From positions 1 through 53,859 of IMG/VR virus record IMGVR_UViG_3300030106_005380: a DNA stretch of 53,859 nucleotides; one strand, written 5' to 3'. Source of the stretch: a virus. Its lineage: Duplodnaviria > Caudoviricetes. The translations under genes were made by a program, and so were the position numbers. Positions 26,518 through 35,300 of this stretch are shown piece after piece. The notes under the pieces are model-generated. The model did not search any database, was not told the origin of the DNA, and saw nothing but the letters and a program-made list of their open reading frames with translations. How positions within the stretch are numbered: the first letter of the stretch is position 1; every line of letters begins with the position of its first letter.

Positions 26518-27087
26518 ATGAATAAAGTTAATCCAAAGGATAGAAGAAAAATTAAAAGCTGGGTTCGTAAGTGCATGAACCTTTTAAAGAAAAAAGATTA
26601 CCCTCTAAACATTACTCGCAGTGATGTTGATTATGCTGTTAAGGTAACAAGGGTTGTAAACAAAAACTTTGAGGGTGCTACTTATGGTGGGCTTTACCAA
26701 ATCCAAATTAATCTAAATTATTGGCAGCACAGAAACGGAGCTGGCATTGAAGAGGAATATGCAGCCTTCGCAAATAATCCTGTTTACGGTGACAGGCAAG
26801 TAACAGACGTTGATGATCGTCTTTTAATAACAGTAGCCCATGAGGTCGCTCATCATGTCCAGTACCGTATCATGCAGGCTGATCACAGAATCAAAAGATC
26901 TGTATGGAAAAAACCTCACGGTGACGGCTTCCAAAGAATCTATCGGTGGCTCAGGCAGGACTTAGTTAATCCAATCATTGACGCTAAGATTGCTGAACAG
27001 GATAAGCTGAATCAGCTTAAGAAGATCACAAGGCGCAGGCAAATGGATCTGCCAATGCACGGTGAAGAATTCAAACTCGTAGCATAG
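26518..27087 (+). CDS. SprT-like zinc metallopeptidase
   Basis: TVAHEVAHH followed by KPHGDGF. Confidence 0.75.
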   Translation: MNKVNPKDRRKIKSWVRKCMNLLKKKDYPLNITRSDVDYAVKVTRVVNKNFEGATYGGLYQIQINLNYWQHRNGAGIEEEYAAFANNPVYGDRQVTDVDDRLLITVAHEVAHHVQYRIMQADHRIKRSVWKKPHGDGFQRIYRWLRQDLVNPIIDAKIAEQDKLNQLKKITRRRQMDLPMHGEEFKLVA

Positions 27088-27100
27088 AAAGGAGGTGACG

Positions 27101-27172
27101 ATGTTAATTGATGAGGACAACCCTTATGATGATGAACCCATAGATATTTATGGCTCATGCGACGAAGATTAA
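27101..27172 (+). CDS. 23-aa acidic peptide
   Basis: AAAGGAGGTGA SD, then MLIDEDNPYDDEPIDIYGSCDED, then a terminator. Confidence 0.5.
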   Translation: MLIDEDNPYDDEPIDIYGSCDED

Positions 27173-27183
27173 ACGTCAGTCAC

Positions 27184-27211
27184 AAAGAGAGGTTAGCGCC
27201 TCTCTTTTTTT
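27184..27211 (+). terminator. Intrinsic terminator, possibly bidirectional
   Basis: AAAGAGAGG-ttagcg-CCTCTCTTT-TTTT between convergent operons. Confidence 0.85.
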
Positions 27212-27575
27212 ATGCCCCCCACATTGCTCTAATTCTGAATATCTCCGCCCGTGACCAATCCTTTACCAATCCATTATTATCACGGTAATCAAGACTGATT
27301 GAAATGTATTCATTAAAGCTGCTTTGAATTGGAACAATTGGTCTGTACCATAAAAACTCTGGATCAGGTATTCTATTTTCATCAACCTGTTTAACTTCGA
27401 CAATGTACCAAATTGGCTTTTCAAAGGTTGAGTCTGATATCCAGCTTACTCTTACAATCCCACTGAAATGATCATGCTCCAAAGTAATAACTGGAGCAGG
27501 GGGGGTAGTCCCCCAATGATCATCAGCTTTTATTAACGTGGGAAGTAATAGCAGAAATATAAGACCCCGTAACAT
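27210..27575 (-). CDS. Exported protein with signal peptide
   Basis: MLRGLIFLLLLPTLIKA signal; VRVSW...YIVEVK...FRIRA resembles an FN3-like fold. Confidence 0.6.
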   Translation of the reverse strand: MLRGLIFLLLLPTLIKADDHWGTTPPAPVITLEHDHFSGIVRVSWISDSTFEKPIWYIVEVKQVDENRIPDPEFLWYRPIVPIQSSFNEYISISLDYRDNNGLVKDWSRAEIFRIRAMWGA

Positions 27576-27760
27576 TACTGGTCAGGCTGCTTATAGAGTC
27601 GAAGGCAAGTCCAGAATCCAAAGATAATCATAAGTAACCCTGCGATTCCTATGAGAAGTGGATTGGTCATTGATTTACCTGTTAGCTCCTCACTCATTCC
27701 CAAGAACATTGGAAACATGATTAGAAGTGCGTTTGTTGTAGCTAGTGTTTTGTTGCTCAT
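27575..27760 (-). CDS. Small two-TM membrane protein
   Basis: 61 aa with two hydrophobic segments. Confidence 0.6.
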   Translation of the reverse strand: MSNKTLATTNALLIMFPMFLGMSEELTGKSMTNPLLIGIAGLLMIIFGFWTCLRLYKQPDQ

Positions 27761-27762
27761 AA

Positions 27763-28089
27763 TTATTCTTCATGTGGCGAACTGAATATCCATTCGCTTA
27801 AGGCTTTGTTTTCCAGCATTACAGCTCTCATTCCTGTAGAGAAACGACTGACAAAATCTTCCTCTGAACAGTCGTCTTTTAAATTCATTAAATAGAATAA
27901 GGCGTGACCTATCTCATGCAGAACAGTGTCCCTCATTGAACAGGCTCCTTGCCTTTCGTTTATCATCAGCTTCTGATGAGTTGTTTCGCATCTGCCTAAT
28001 TCCTCGTCGCTTATATCTTGAGACAATTCTATTCGGTAGAGTTGTCCTAAGATAATAACGTGACGAATAGGTGGCAGTTTATCCTTCAT
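27763..28089 (-). CDS. HExxH metallopeptidase-like protein
   Basis: DTVLHEIGHA...EEDFV. Confidence 0.75.
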   Translation of the reverse strand: MKDKLPPIRHVIILGQLYRIELSQDISDEELGRCETTHQKLMINERQGACSMRDTVLHEIGHALFYLMNLKDDCSEEDFVSRFSTGMRAVMLENKALSEWIFSSPHEE

Positions 28090-28318
28090 TAATCCAGTAG
28101 ATGTGTGTGTTTCTCCACTTTCTTCTTTCCATCTTTTCTGCTCGATAAAGCCGAAGCAGTTTTTCTCCTGCTGCGCTCATGGTAATCTTTTTTACCTCAG
28201 CATACTGGCGTGGTGTTATTGTTCCTTCAGGCTGCGGATCCTGCTCCTCTTGAAGAGCTGCGAGCAAATTGTCAGCCGTGTCTAATATGTCATCTATAGT
28301 TTTTTTGGATCTAGCCAT
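28079..28318 (-). CDS. Small winged-HTH-like protein
   Basis: ITPRQYAEVKKITMSAAGEKLLRL...MERRK...IYW. Confidence 0.55.
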   Translation of the reverse strand: MARSKKTIDDILDTADNLLAALQEEQDPQPEGTITPRQYAEVKKITMSAAGEKLLRLYRAEKMERRKWRNTHIYWINEG

Positions 28319-29058
28319 GTGTTTGTTTCTTGGTCTTTTTGTATTCGATAAACCACCCAGTTACCGCTTTTATCATTGATCGCTCCTGCAAGGAATGAAT
28401 GCTCGTGCTTCAATCTTCGGGCGTGAGTCCTGTTGTATTCCTGTGCGATCTGGCAACCACATCCTGATACATAACTTTCGTCACCTGCTAAATTATTCTG
28501 CCTCCAAAAATCAAAAGCATGCGTGTGACCTGACAGCGTTGATGCTCCTGCTGCTTGCGTCATGCTCTTGGCGGGGTACATGTTTGAAAAGTATCCGTGG
28601 CTAATAAGTTTGCGTCCTGTGTGTGTCCCTTTGGGAGCTATTTCTATCCAGCCTTTTCTAATGTCATACTCTACCCAGTCAGTTCCCATCGCCTCAAACT
28701 CGTTTTCAAATTGCTTGGCAAGCTGCCTAGCGTAATCAACGTCTAAACCTTCTCGTTCTGATCGAGCTAATAGCCATAGCCTGTGATCGTGATTACCTAA
28801 GGTGAGCTTGTGTGGTTTAAAAGCACGGAGGAATCCTATGGCGGCTTTGCAATCCTCTCTCATTGAGCTACTTCTATCCTCAGCATTAGCGCCCGCTCGA
28901 ATCGCTTTAGCGTCTATAAAATCACCTAGCATAAATCTCCACTTAGGTTTGTGATCTTTAATCCACTGAAGGATATAGCTCTGATAACTGTTCTTCCCTT
29001 TGCGATCAATTAGATCACCGTGAGTATCTGCGGATGTGATGAACGTCTGCCAAGCCAT
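28294..29058 (-). CDS. Calcineurin-like metallophosphoesterase
   Basis: DTHG, LGDFID, GNHD, HG and GHTH motifs in order. Confidence 0.9.
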   Translation of the reverse strand: MAWQTFITSADTHGDLIDRKGKNSYQSYILQWIKDHKPKWRFMLGDFIDAKAIRAGANAEDRSSSMREDCKAAIGFLRAFKPHKLTLGNHDHRLWLLARSEREGLDVDYARQLAKQFENEFEAMGTDWVEYDIRKGWIEIAPKGTHTGRKLISHGYFSNMYPAKSMTQAAGASTLSGHTHAFDFWRQNNLAGDESYVSGCGCQIAQEYNRTHARRLKHEHSFLAGAINDKSGNWVVYRIQKDQETNTWLDPKKL

Positions 29059-29059
29059 C

Positions 29060-29365
29060 TCACTCCTCCTCCTTACATAAAATTTCTAGCTTTTTGCTAT
29101 GATCTTGTAGGGTGTGAGCTTGATCCTTTTGAGTGTCTTTTAAATCTTCTATCTTTTCATCGATGCCCCGTTGTCTTTCTTTGATAGTGCCTACCATCTC
29201 ATACAACCGTGGACTGCCATCAGGATTACCGTTAACGGCTCTATTTGCCTGTGAGGCTTCTTTGTTAGCCTTTGAGGCTTCACTCTTTGCCTTCCAAGAT
29301 AAGTAAGCTCCTAGACCTGCTATCAAGCCCACAATCGCTTCAATCAGTGGAGGGTCATTTTCCAT
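29060..29365 (-). CDS. Membrane-anchored coiled-coil protein (lysis accessory)
   Basis: N-terminal TM plus coiled coil, next to the endolysin. Confidence 0.55.
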   Translation of the reverse strand: MENDPPLIEAIVGLIAGLGAYLSWKAKSEASKANKEASQANRAVNGNPDGSPRLYEMVGTIKERQRGIDEKIEDLKDTQKDQAHTLQDHSKKLEILCKEEE

Positions 29366-29925
29366 TAGACGACGTCTTGATTTTTTTTGTGGCGTCGAAC
29401 CATTTGGTTAATGGTTAAACCATTCCTAAATTCAAAGTGTGGAGGATCTGGAAAGGACCTCCACTGACCTCCGTGAATAATCGGAAGGTTATATTCCTGA
29501 GCCTTCTTAAACATCTCTGCATAGATTTTGCTCGATAGAACCGAGTTGGTGGCATCGAGATATTTACCTTTGGAGAAGCAACCATAATCAGCAGCGATTC
29601 CAAAACAATGGCGACTCACTTTAACAGTCGTTACCTTTGGACCCTTGTCTCCAAACCTTCCTTTCTTATAAAGCTCAATTTGCTTTTCAAAACTCCTATA
29701 ACCACAAATCATTTTGATGGTGATGCCATACTTGTCACCTATTTCCATGGCTATTTCTGTTAGCTCAGTAAAGACAGGAATAACTTTTGGATTAAGAGTG
29801 GCTAAATTCTTTTTCGTTCTCGCATCAAATACCCAACGACGACGAGGTGGTTCCTTCTTTTTTGAAGGTAATGGCTTGGCTTTACGACGCAATCGTCCAA
29901 GCAGCTTCTTTATGAACCTGAACAC
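29365..29925 (-). CDS. Endolysin, M15-family peptidase
   Basis: GYRS..KQ..LY, SRHCFGIAAD, GGQW..FPDPPHFE. Confidence 0.9.
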   Translation of the reverse strand: MFRFIKKLLGRLRRKAKPLPSKKKEPPRRRWVFDARTKKNLATLNPKVIPVFTELTEIAMEIGDKYGITIKMICGYRSFEKQIELYKKGRFGDKGPKVTTVKVSRHCFGIAADYGCFSKGKYLDATNSVLSSKIYAEMFKKAQEYNLPIIHGGQWRSFPDPPHFEFRNGLTINQMVRRHKKNQDVV

Positions 29926-29945
29926 AAGGGATACGGGGTGAGCGT

Positions 29946-30113
29946 TTATTTATTTACCCAGACTCCTACGCCTGCTTTGTAGTCAAGTACGCCTACTTCA
30001 AGACCAACTACATTTCTGTCACCTGACATTAAACCTGCGGAATCCACAGGGACTTTGTTAAAAGTGCAAGATGACAATCCAATAACGGCTATTGCTAATA
30101 GTATGTATTTCAT
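29946..30113 (-). CDS. 55-aa lipoprotein (spanin-like?)
   Basis: Manual translation MKYILLAIAVIGLSSC-TFNKVPVDSAGLMSGDRNVVGLEVGVLDYKAGVGVWVNK; lipobox LSSC; lies between holin and endolysin. Confidence 0.7.
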   Translation of the reverse strand: MKYILLAIAVIGLSSCTFNKVPVDSAGLMSGDRNVVGLEVGVLDYKAGVGVWVNK

Positions 30114-30367
30114 TTCTTTTTTTGTGCTGCTGCCACCTTTTCAGATGGCGTTGTATTATCCCTAGCCATGATTAGTCCTAATGCTGCGACAACAAGCTCC
30201 CAACGTCCTTGTAGACTTTCTACCTCCAAAGGTGTTGTTGTATCTAGTAAGGTACTTAGTAAGCCACCTGATGCTTCGAGTAACAAGGCAACGCCCACGA
30301 GACTAGTCTTCCATGACGCAATAAATTCTAAGAGCTTTGTTCTAGCCCAGTTGATCAACATATTCAT
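30110..30367 (-). CDS. Holin
   Basis: SWKTSLVGVALL...LVVAALGLIMARD with two TM segments and a basic tail. The start is uncertain (30367 or 30361; the ORF extends to 30442). Confidence 0.7.
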   Translation of the reverse strand: MNMLINWARTKLLEFIASWKTSLVGVALLLEASGGLLSTLLDTTTPLEVESLQGRWELVVAALGLIMARDNTTPSEKVAAAQKKK

Positions 30368-30467
30368 AAACTTGTTTTTCAGGTTGGGGAAGATCTTGAT
30401 TCTTCCCTTTTGTTTTTTGGGGAAACGTAATCCTTTTTTCACCTGTTATCAACCTTTCTAAATAGAC

Positions 30468-30746
30468 TCACTTATCGAAGCGCTTGTCCCATTTTATGAG
30501 AATTTTGTCAGCATTTTCTACTATATCAGCAGGTATTCTGGCAACTTCCATAAGGGCGCTAAGTCTTGCTCTAGCAATTAAATTCTCTTTTTCATCTAGC
30601 GTTAAGGCTTCTACACGCTCCCTTTCACGCTCTATCATCGTGTTTAGGACATTGGTAACACACTCATATCCTTTGTTTTCAGCTAATCCCAGAACGTGCG
30701 CTCTCTGGTAATCAGCCCTTTCTGCATCCCCAGCGTCAGTTGCCAT
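30468..30746 (-). CDS. Portal-adjacent helical hypothetical protein
   Basis: 92-aa ORF coupled to the portal stop. Confidence 0.6.
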   Translation of the reverse strand: MATDAGDAERADYQRAHVLGLAENKGYECVTNVLNTMIERERERVEALTLDEKENLIARARLSALMEVARIPADIVENADKILIKWDKRFDK

Positions 30747-32836
30747 TAGATATTAACGTCAGTATCTGTTTCTTGTATAAGTTCCTCTGCCTCGTCAGAA
30801 GCCTCCTCAGCTTCGTTTACAGGTAATTCTGGTTGTGCTTGTTCAACCTCTTGCTCTGTGGGCTGTTCTTCTGGTGGAGCCATAGCCATAGCAACTTCTT
30901 GTGCATACGGTAATTTCTCCTCTGCATCTTCAATGCCTAGGATTCGTAATTGATCGACGAATAAAGGTCTGGCTCTTTCCATTGAGTAAACTGGCAAAGC
31001 TAAATACCTTTCAAGTGTCATCATTACTCTCATTAATCGACTTTCCTCTTCATCTTGATGAAACTTAGTAAGTGTGAGTCTTACATCCAGATCCAGTTGA
31101 TTAAAGTCGTCCTTGTCTATTATGGCTTCAACCTCATTTTCACCTTCAAAAAATTTGATAGTCTCGATAGGGTCCATGGAATTGAGCATTAACTTGGTTA
31201 AGTTTTGAATGGCTTTTTCAACTCCTCTTTGAACCTCTCTTATGCTCATCTTGTTTAGGATAGATCCATGTCCTAAAACCTGTTTAACTCCTGTGGCTGT
31301 ATTCATCTGAGGTAAAGCACCCATGTCTCCCTGCGCTGCTCCTGATACACCTGAATCCATAGTGATCATTTGAATCACTGTTTCCATCATGCTCTTTGTT
31401 TCATTCTCCATTTGAGGTAATGCCATGATTTGTACTGCCTCTGAGGCAACGGCATTTCCTTTTAATTCCTTATGAAGCCCTGGTCCCCACTCAAATGCCT
31501 TACCTGTTTCTCCGTCCTGAAATGCCTTTCTATCAATCACCACAATCGGGTTTGCAGCATAATCATTTCTTACCTTTATCTGATTAAAGCACTCGTCGAT
31601 AAACTGTTGCTCTTGATCAAATCGTTGCAGGAATCCTGCGCCCGTCCAACTGTTGCGCCTCTTGTCACAGGTAACAATTGTGAACGGCAAGTCAGCTTGT
31701 GGAGTGACGTTACCAAGATAGTCAGCCCATATAATCTCCTGTGTATCTAGCGTAACTAATGCAAACATCTTAACGACGTTACCAACTTTTTCATTACCGT
31801 CTTCGTCCGTCTCACTTGGTCGCTCGTAGTTGAAATAACATTCCGCTACATTAAGAAAGTTGGCGTTTTCTCTTTTACCCCAAAGTTTACCGCTGTTGCC
31901 TGCCTGATTAAATGGATCGTCATCAGTAACGCTAGGAACTTTGTTCATGCCTGCGCTATCAATGATTTGCTCATAACGGTCTGGATCAATCATACCTAAC
32001 CCAAACTCGTTTTTAAGTTCACCAACTGTCCATGCTTGGTGATGAGCTACAAAGTCGCAGTCTTCTAATTTGGCAGCATCAGGATCAGCTATAAAATCTT
32101 TATATGATACACAAGCAAGTTCAGGACCATTATACTTAACTGCGTAATCTGAATTTGTTGTTTCTGAAAAGTTAGGATTTTTAATAGGTCTTTGTTCTGG
32201 ATCGTCTTCAAAAATGTAACCTTTGTTTTTATCATCCCAGAAGTTTTCTGAATTTGTTGTGATTGGCCTGCCAGACTTTCCTATAATTGGATTGTTTTTA
32301 TCATCCAACAACACATCAATAACTGTATCGAACTCCTCAATTTGTCTAATGTATGATGTTTTTAATACACCGTAGCCCATACCCCAAGCGCTAAGGCAAG
32401 CATCTTTAATGGCAGGTTCAACATTAGCTTTAGTGTGATTAAATTTATGCTCACAAAACTTTTGTAAATCCCGTGACTTTTCCATGTCACCTAACCCGAC
32501 AGCCTTAACAGCCAACCATGGACGGCTGCCAAACATTTCATCAAAGGTTTTACTTACAATATAACGAACCTGACCACGGGTGACTGATAGACTGAAGTTA
32601 CTGCGATCAAATACCTGCTCATTAATGGCTCCTCGAATATCTATATCGGTAGCTTTACCTGTAACCCGATGCCTAAAATCTCCATCTAGCTCAGATGAAT
32701 ATTTATCCATCCTTTCGATAGTGGGTTTTAATTTACCTTTTAAGCTATTAAATTGAGAAACACAATGCTCTGCCATCTTCTTTAGGTAGAGCGCCTTTTG
32801 TTGATCATTAGAAAATGCTAACGCAGATGCTTTCAT
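30746..32836 (-). CDS. Portal protein
   Basis: 696 aa; GYGVLK, VSYKDFIADP, SGVSGAAQG...TATGV; acidic tail typical of podovirus-type portals. Confidence 0.9.
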   Translation of the reverse strand: MKASALAFSNDQQKALYLKKMAEHCVSQFNSLKGKLKPTIERMDKYSSELDGDFRHRVTGKATDIDIRGAINEQVFDRSNFSLSVTRGQVRYIVSKTFDEMFGSRPWLAVKAVGLGDMEKSRDLQKFCEHKFNHTKANVEPAIKDACLSAWGMGYGVLKTSYIRQIEEFDTVIDVLLDDKNNPIIGKSGRPITTNSENFWDDKNKGYIFEDDPEQRPIKNPNFSETTNSDYAVKYNGPELACVSYKDFIADPDAAKLEDCDFVAHHQAWTVGELKNEFGLGMIDPDRYEQIIDSAGMNKVPSVTDDDPFNQAGNSGKLWGKRENANFLNVAECYFNYERPSETDEDGNEKVGNVVKMFALVTLDTQEIIWADYLGNVTPQADLPFTIVTCDKRRNSWTGAGFLQRFDQEQQFIDECFNQIKVRNDYAANPIVVIDRKAFQDGETGKAFEWGPGLHKELKGNAVASEAVQIMALPQMENETKSMMETVIQMITMDSGVSGAAQGDMGALPQMNTATGVKQVLGHGSILNKMSIREVQRGVEKAIQNLTKLMLNSMDPIETIKFFEGENEVEAIIDKDDFNQLDLDVRLTLTKFHQDEEESRLMRVMMTLERYLALPVYSMERARPLFVDQLRILGIEDAEEKLPYAQEVAMAMAPPEEQPTEQEVEQAQPELPVNEAEEASDEAEELIQETDTDVNI

Positions 32837-33047
32837 GCGTTAAATGTCGCTTATATTTAAGATGACTCAAATACTCTTTTTTTATGACTCAACCCTAAAT
32901 TTTCTATTCAATATTCAAAATCAATGACCTCATCATTATTATCGATGTTTATAAAATAACCTATTTAAAAGGGCAAAAATAGTTATTTCAAATATGAAAT
33001 GATATTTTATCTTGTCTAACACATTCAAATTGCAATAGCCTAACATT

Positions 33048-33269
33048 ATGTCTTTGTTGAACCGTACTGAAATAGTGCAGCTAGATGACGGCCGACTTCT
33101 TACTTTTGACGAGGATGAGTTGCAGTTTTATCTCGCTGATATTCAGATAACTATAGAAACAGCCCTGAGATATTGGGTTGATCAAGGGATAGCAGAACCC
33201 TTTAGAAAACTGCTCGAAGGTAAAATTGATTGCCTTGTTCACCTTGTAGACTCAAAAATGGTGGCTTAA
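33048..33269 (+). CDS. Hypothetical protein
   Basis: 73-aa ORF after an AT-rich divergent promoter region. Confidence 0.55.
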   Translation: MSLLNRTEIVQLDDGRLLTFDEDELQFYLADIQITIETALRYWVDQGIAEPFRKLLEGKIDCLVHLVDSKMVA

Positions 33270-33279
33270 TGTTAGCACC

Positions 33280-33606
33280 ATGAGTGAAACTGAAAAAAAT
33301 AACACAGAAATTACATTACCAGATATCCCAATCACGGATGCTCGCTTGGACATGTTAGGGTCTAAGATAGCGCCCTCACTCCGTGATGAGATATATGATT
33401 CAGTAGGTAAGACGCCATTACTCAAGATGGGTAAGGAAATGAGGGAATGTGCAATTATTGCAGCAATGATAGGGGTTGGCTTTAAATTATGCGTGAGAGC
33501 AATAGATTTAGGTGCAACCTGTGAAATATCAAGAGTGCTGGGTGATGATAATTGGCTTCTTTATGGTACTCAGGGAGGTGAACCGCTGGAGGATTTTAAT
33601 GAGTGA
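33280..33606 (+). CDS. Hypothetical protein
   Basis: 108-aa ORF. Confidence 0.55.
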   Translation: MSETEKNNTEITLPDIPITDARLDMLGSKIAPSLRDEIYDSVGKTPLLKMGKEMRECAIIAAMIGVGFKLCVRAIDLGATCEISRVLGDDNWLLYGTQGGEPLEDFNE

Positions 33607-34153
33607 AGCTAAGAAAAAACCAAGAGGACAGGCAAAGAAAAGAGCTAAGGGTAAACAAATTATTACCAAAGGCACTCAATTAGGGTCTGCCTGCAAAACT
33701 CTGAGCTATTATCAAAAGATAAAAAAGGCTGCTGAGTTGAGCAACGAAGGCAAAAGCGGGAAGGAGATAGCTGAATTAATGAATTGTCATCCTTCATCGG
33801 TGACGAGGTATTTACAACATGCAACCAAGCTGGCTGCTCAAGAAATATCAGATCTGATGGATTATGAAGTAGCCTTTCAGATAAACACGACAGGCGACCT
33901 CATAAATACCCTTAGAAAGCATTTGGTTTATAAAGACAACCTTGGCAACGTCCGAGTTGATGCAGGGGCTGCTGGGCAGCTTTTAAGCGCTTTAAACCGT
34001 AGAGCTAAGATATTTGGGTTAGATAAACAGGCTGAGGAGCAGACTTCACGGAATGGTGACGGAGATACTTATAATATTGTTATGGCAAGATTTGAAGAGG
34101 CTGTTGAGAGGGGAGCAATGAAGAGGGAAGATATACCTGTTTTGAACATGTAA
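33599..34153 (+). CDS. HTH protein, probable terminase small subunit
   Basis: Likely start ATG 33599 (MSEAKK); GKSGKEIAELMNCHPSSVTRYL HTH and RRAKIFGLD motif. Confidence 0.6.
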   Translation: MSEAKKKPRGQAKKRAKGKQIITKGTQLGSACKTLSYYQKIKKAAELSNEGKSGKEIAELMNCHPSSVTRYLQHATKLAAQEISDLMDYEVAFQINTTGDLINTLRKHLVYKDNLGNVRVDAGAAGQLLSALNRRAKIFGLDKQAEEQTSRNGDGDTYNIVMARFEEAVERGAMKREDIPVLNM

Positions 34154-34171
34154 TATTTTTTTGTTGCATAA

Positions 34172-34198
34172 TGAGTCATACTTATTAGAATAGACTCA
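34172..34198. promoter_or_regulatory. TGAGTC-N15-GACTCA operator-like inverted repeat
   Basis: TGAGTC atacttattagaata GACTCA, lying across a TTGCAT...TAGAAT promoter-like sequence upstream of the Sak-like gene. Confidence 0.7.
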
Positions 34199-34236
34199 CA
34201 TAATTAAATATTAACTCAAAAGTATAAAACAGACGT

Positions 34237-34887
34237 ATGAACGAAAAAGCACTAGAGCATGTGGAGCTTTTCCACAAATTAGCAGCACCTCTTCCTAAGA
34301 CTGCGTATAAAGACCTCAAACTTGGAGGCAGAACGATGACCGTCATTGACGCTTATCATATTGTATCACGACTTACTCAAGTCTTTGGACTCGCTGGCTT
34401 TGGCTGGGGTGTAGAGGTTGAGGAGTTTAGACAGGAGGACGGCAATATCGCAGCCGTAGGTCACCTTTGGTACATCATTGAAGGTAAAAAGTACACAGTA
34501 TCTGCCATTGGTGATGCTCGTATTTTTAAGGGCAATGTAGCTGAGGGCATGAAAAAAGCTCAGACTAATCTTATTTCTAAAGCCTCTAGTCTTATTGGCA
34601 TTGGACTTTCAGTTTATCAGGGCAAGGGCATTGATGACCCTTATCTGGATCAGGAGTATGCCAAAGAAGATCGTGAGCCACCAAAGCTTGATGCTGGTGA
34701 TTGGAAGAAGGCAGCGACCTTAAAAGGTAAGGCGTTGAATGAACTAGGTGTTTGTGAGCGTGAGAAGCTCATCGAATGGCGCAATAGGGTCATGAGTCAA
34801 TCTTTAAGTGATGAAGCATTTAGGCTTTGGCACTTGGTTGGGCAAATGGCAAAAGAAATTTCTAAAGCTGAAGTTAAGGCAGCTTGA
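34237..34887 (+). CDS. Rad52/Sak-like ssDNA annealing protein
   Basis: IDAYHIVSRLTQVFG..GW...KKAQTNLISKASSLIGIG..VY. Confidence 0.82.
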   Translation: MNEKALEHVELFHKLAAPLPKTAYKDLKLGGRTMTVIDAYHIVSRLTQVFGLAGFGWGVEVEEFRQEDGNIAAVGHLWYIIEGKKYTVSAIGDARIFKGNVAEGMKKAQTNLISKASSLIGIGLSVYQGKGIDDPYLDQEYAKEDREPPKLDAGDWKKAATLKGKALNELGVCEREKLIEWRNRVMSQSLSDEAFRLWHLVGQMAKEISKAEVKAA

Positions 34888-34900
34888 TGAAAAAGGGGGT

Positions 34901-34947
34901 AGAGGCAGTCAGATTTGATTGGTAGGTCTGGCTGTCTCTTTTTTTTT
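34901..34947 (+). terminator. Long hairpin with U tract between sak and ssb
   Basis: AGAGGCAGTCAGATTTG-attgg-TAGGTCTGGCTGTCTCT followed by a T run; 17-bp stem with G.U pairs. Confidence 0.7.
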
Positions 34948-34962
34948 AACAAAGTAATAAAC

Positions 34963-35298
34963 ATGGCAGATAAAATAAAAGTAAAAATAGACGTAACGAA
35001 ACTCGATAAGGACAGGTTCTTTAAAGGCAAAAAGGGAACTTACTGTGATCTTGTTTTAATACCGACTCCTAAATCCCAGTTCGGTACTTGGGGTGTTGTT
35101 CAGGAGTTGAAAAAGGAACAAAGAGACGCAGGTGAAAAATCTGAGTTTGTTGGTAATGCCGATTATGCGATGACTAGAGAGAACTTTGATGATGCGCCAG
35201 CGCAGAACTTCAGTGGCTCTCAGGCTTCACAGCGTCCTATGACACAAACCATAACCGCTACACCGTCTGACTTGGAAGGGGATGACATTCCCTTTTAG
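34963..35298 (+). CDS. Single-stranded DNA-binding protein-like
   Basis: Start ATG 34963 (MADKIKVKIDVTKLDK...GKKGTY); acidic DDIPF C-terminus; follows the annealing protein. Confidence 0.75.
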   Translation: MADKIKVKIDVTKLDKDRFFKGKKGTYCDLVLIPTPKSQFGTWGVVQELKKEQRDAGEKSEFVGNADYAMTRENFDDAPAQNFSGSQASQRPMTQTITATPSDLEGDDIPF

Positions 35299-35300
35299 GG

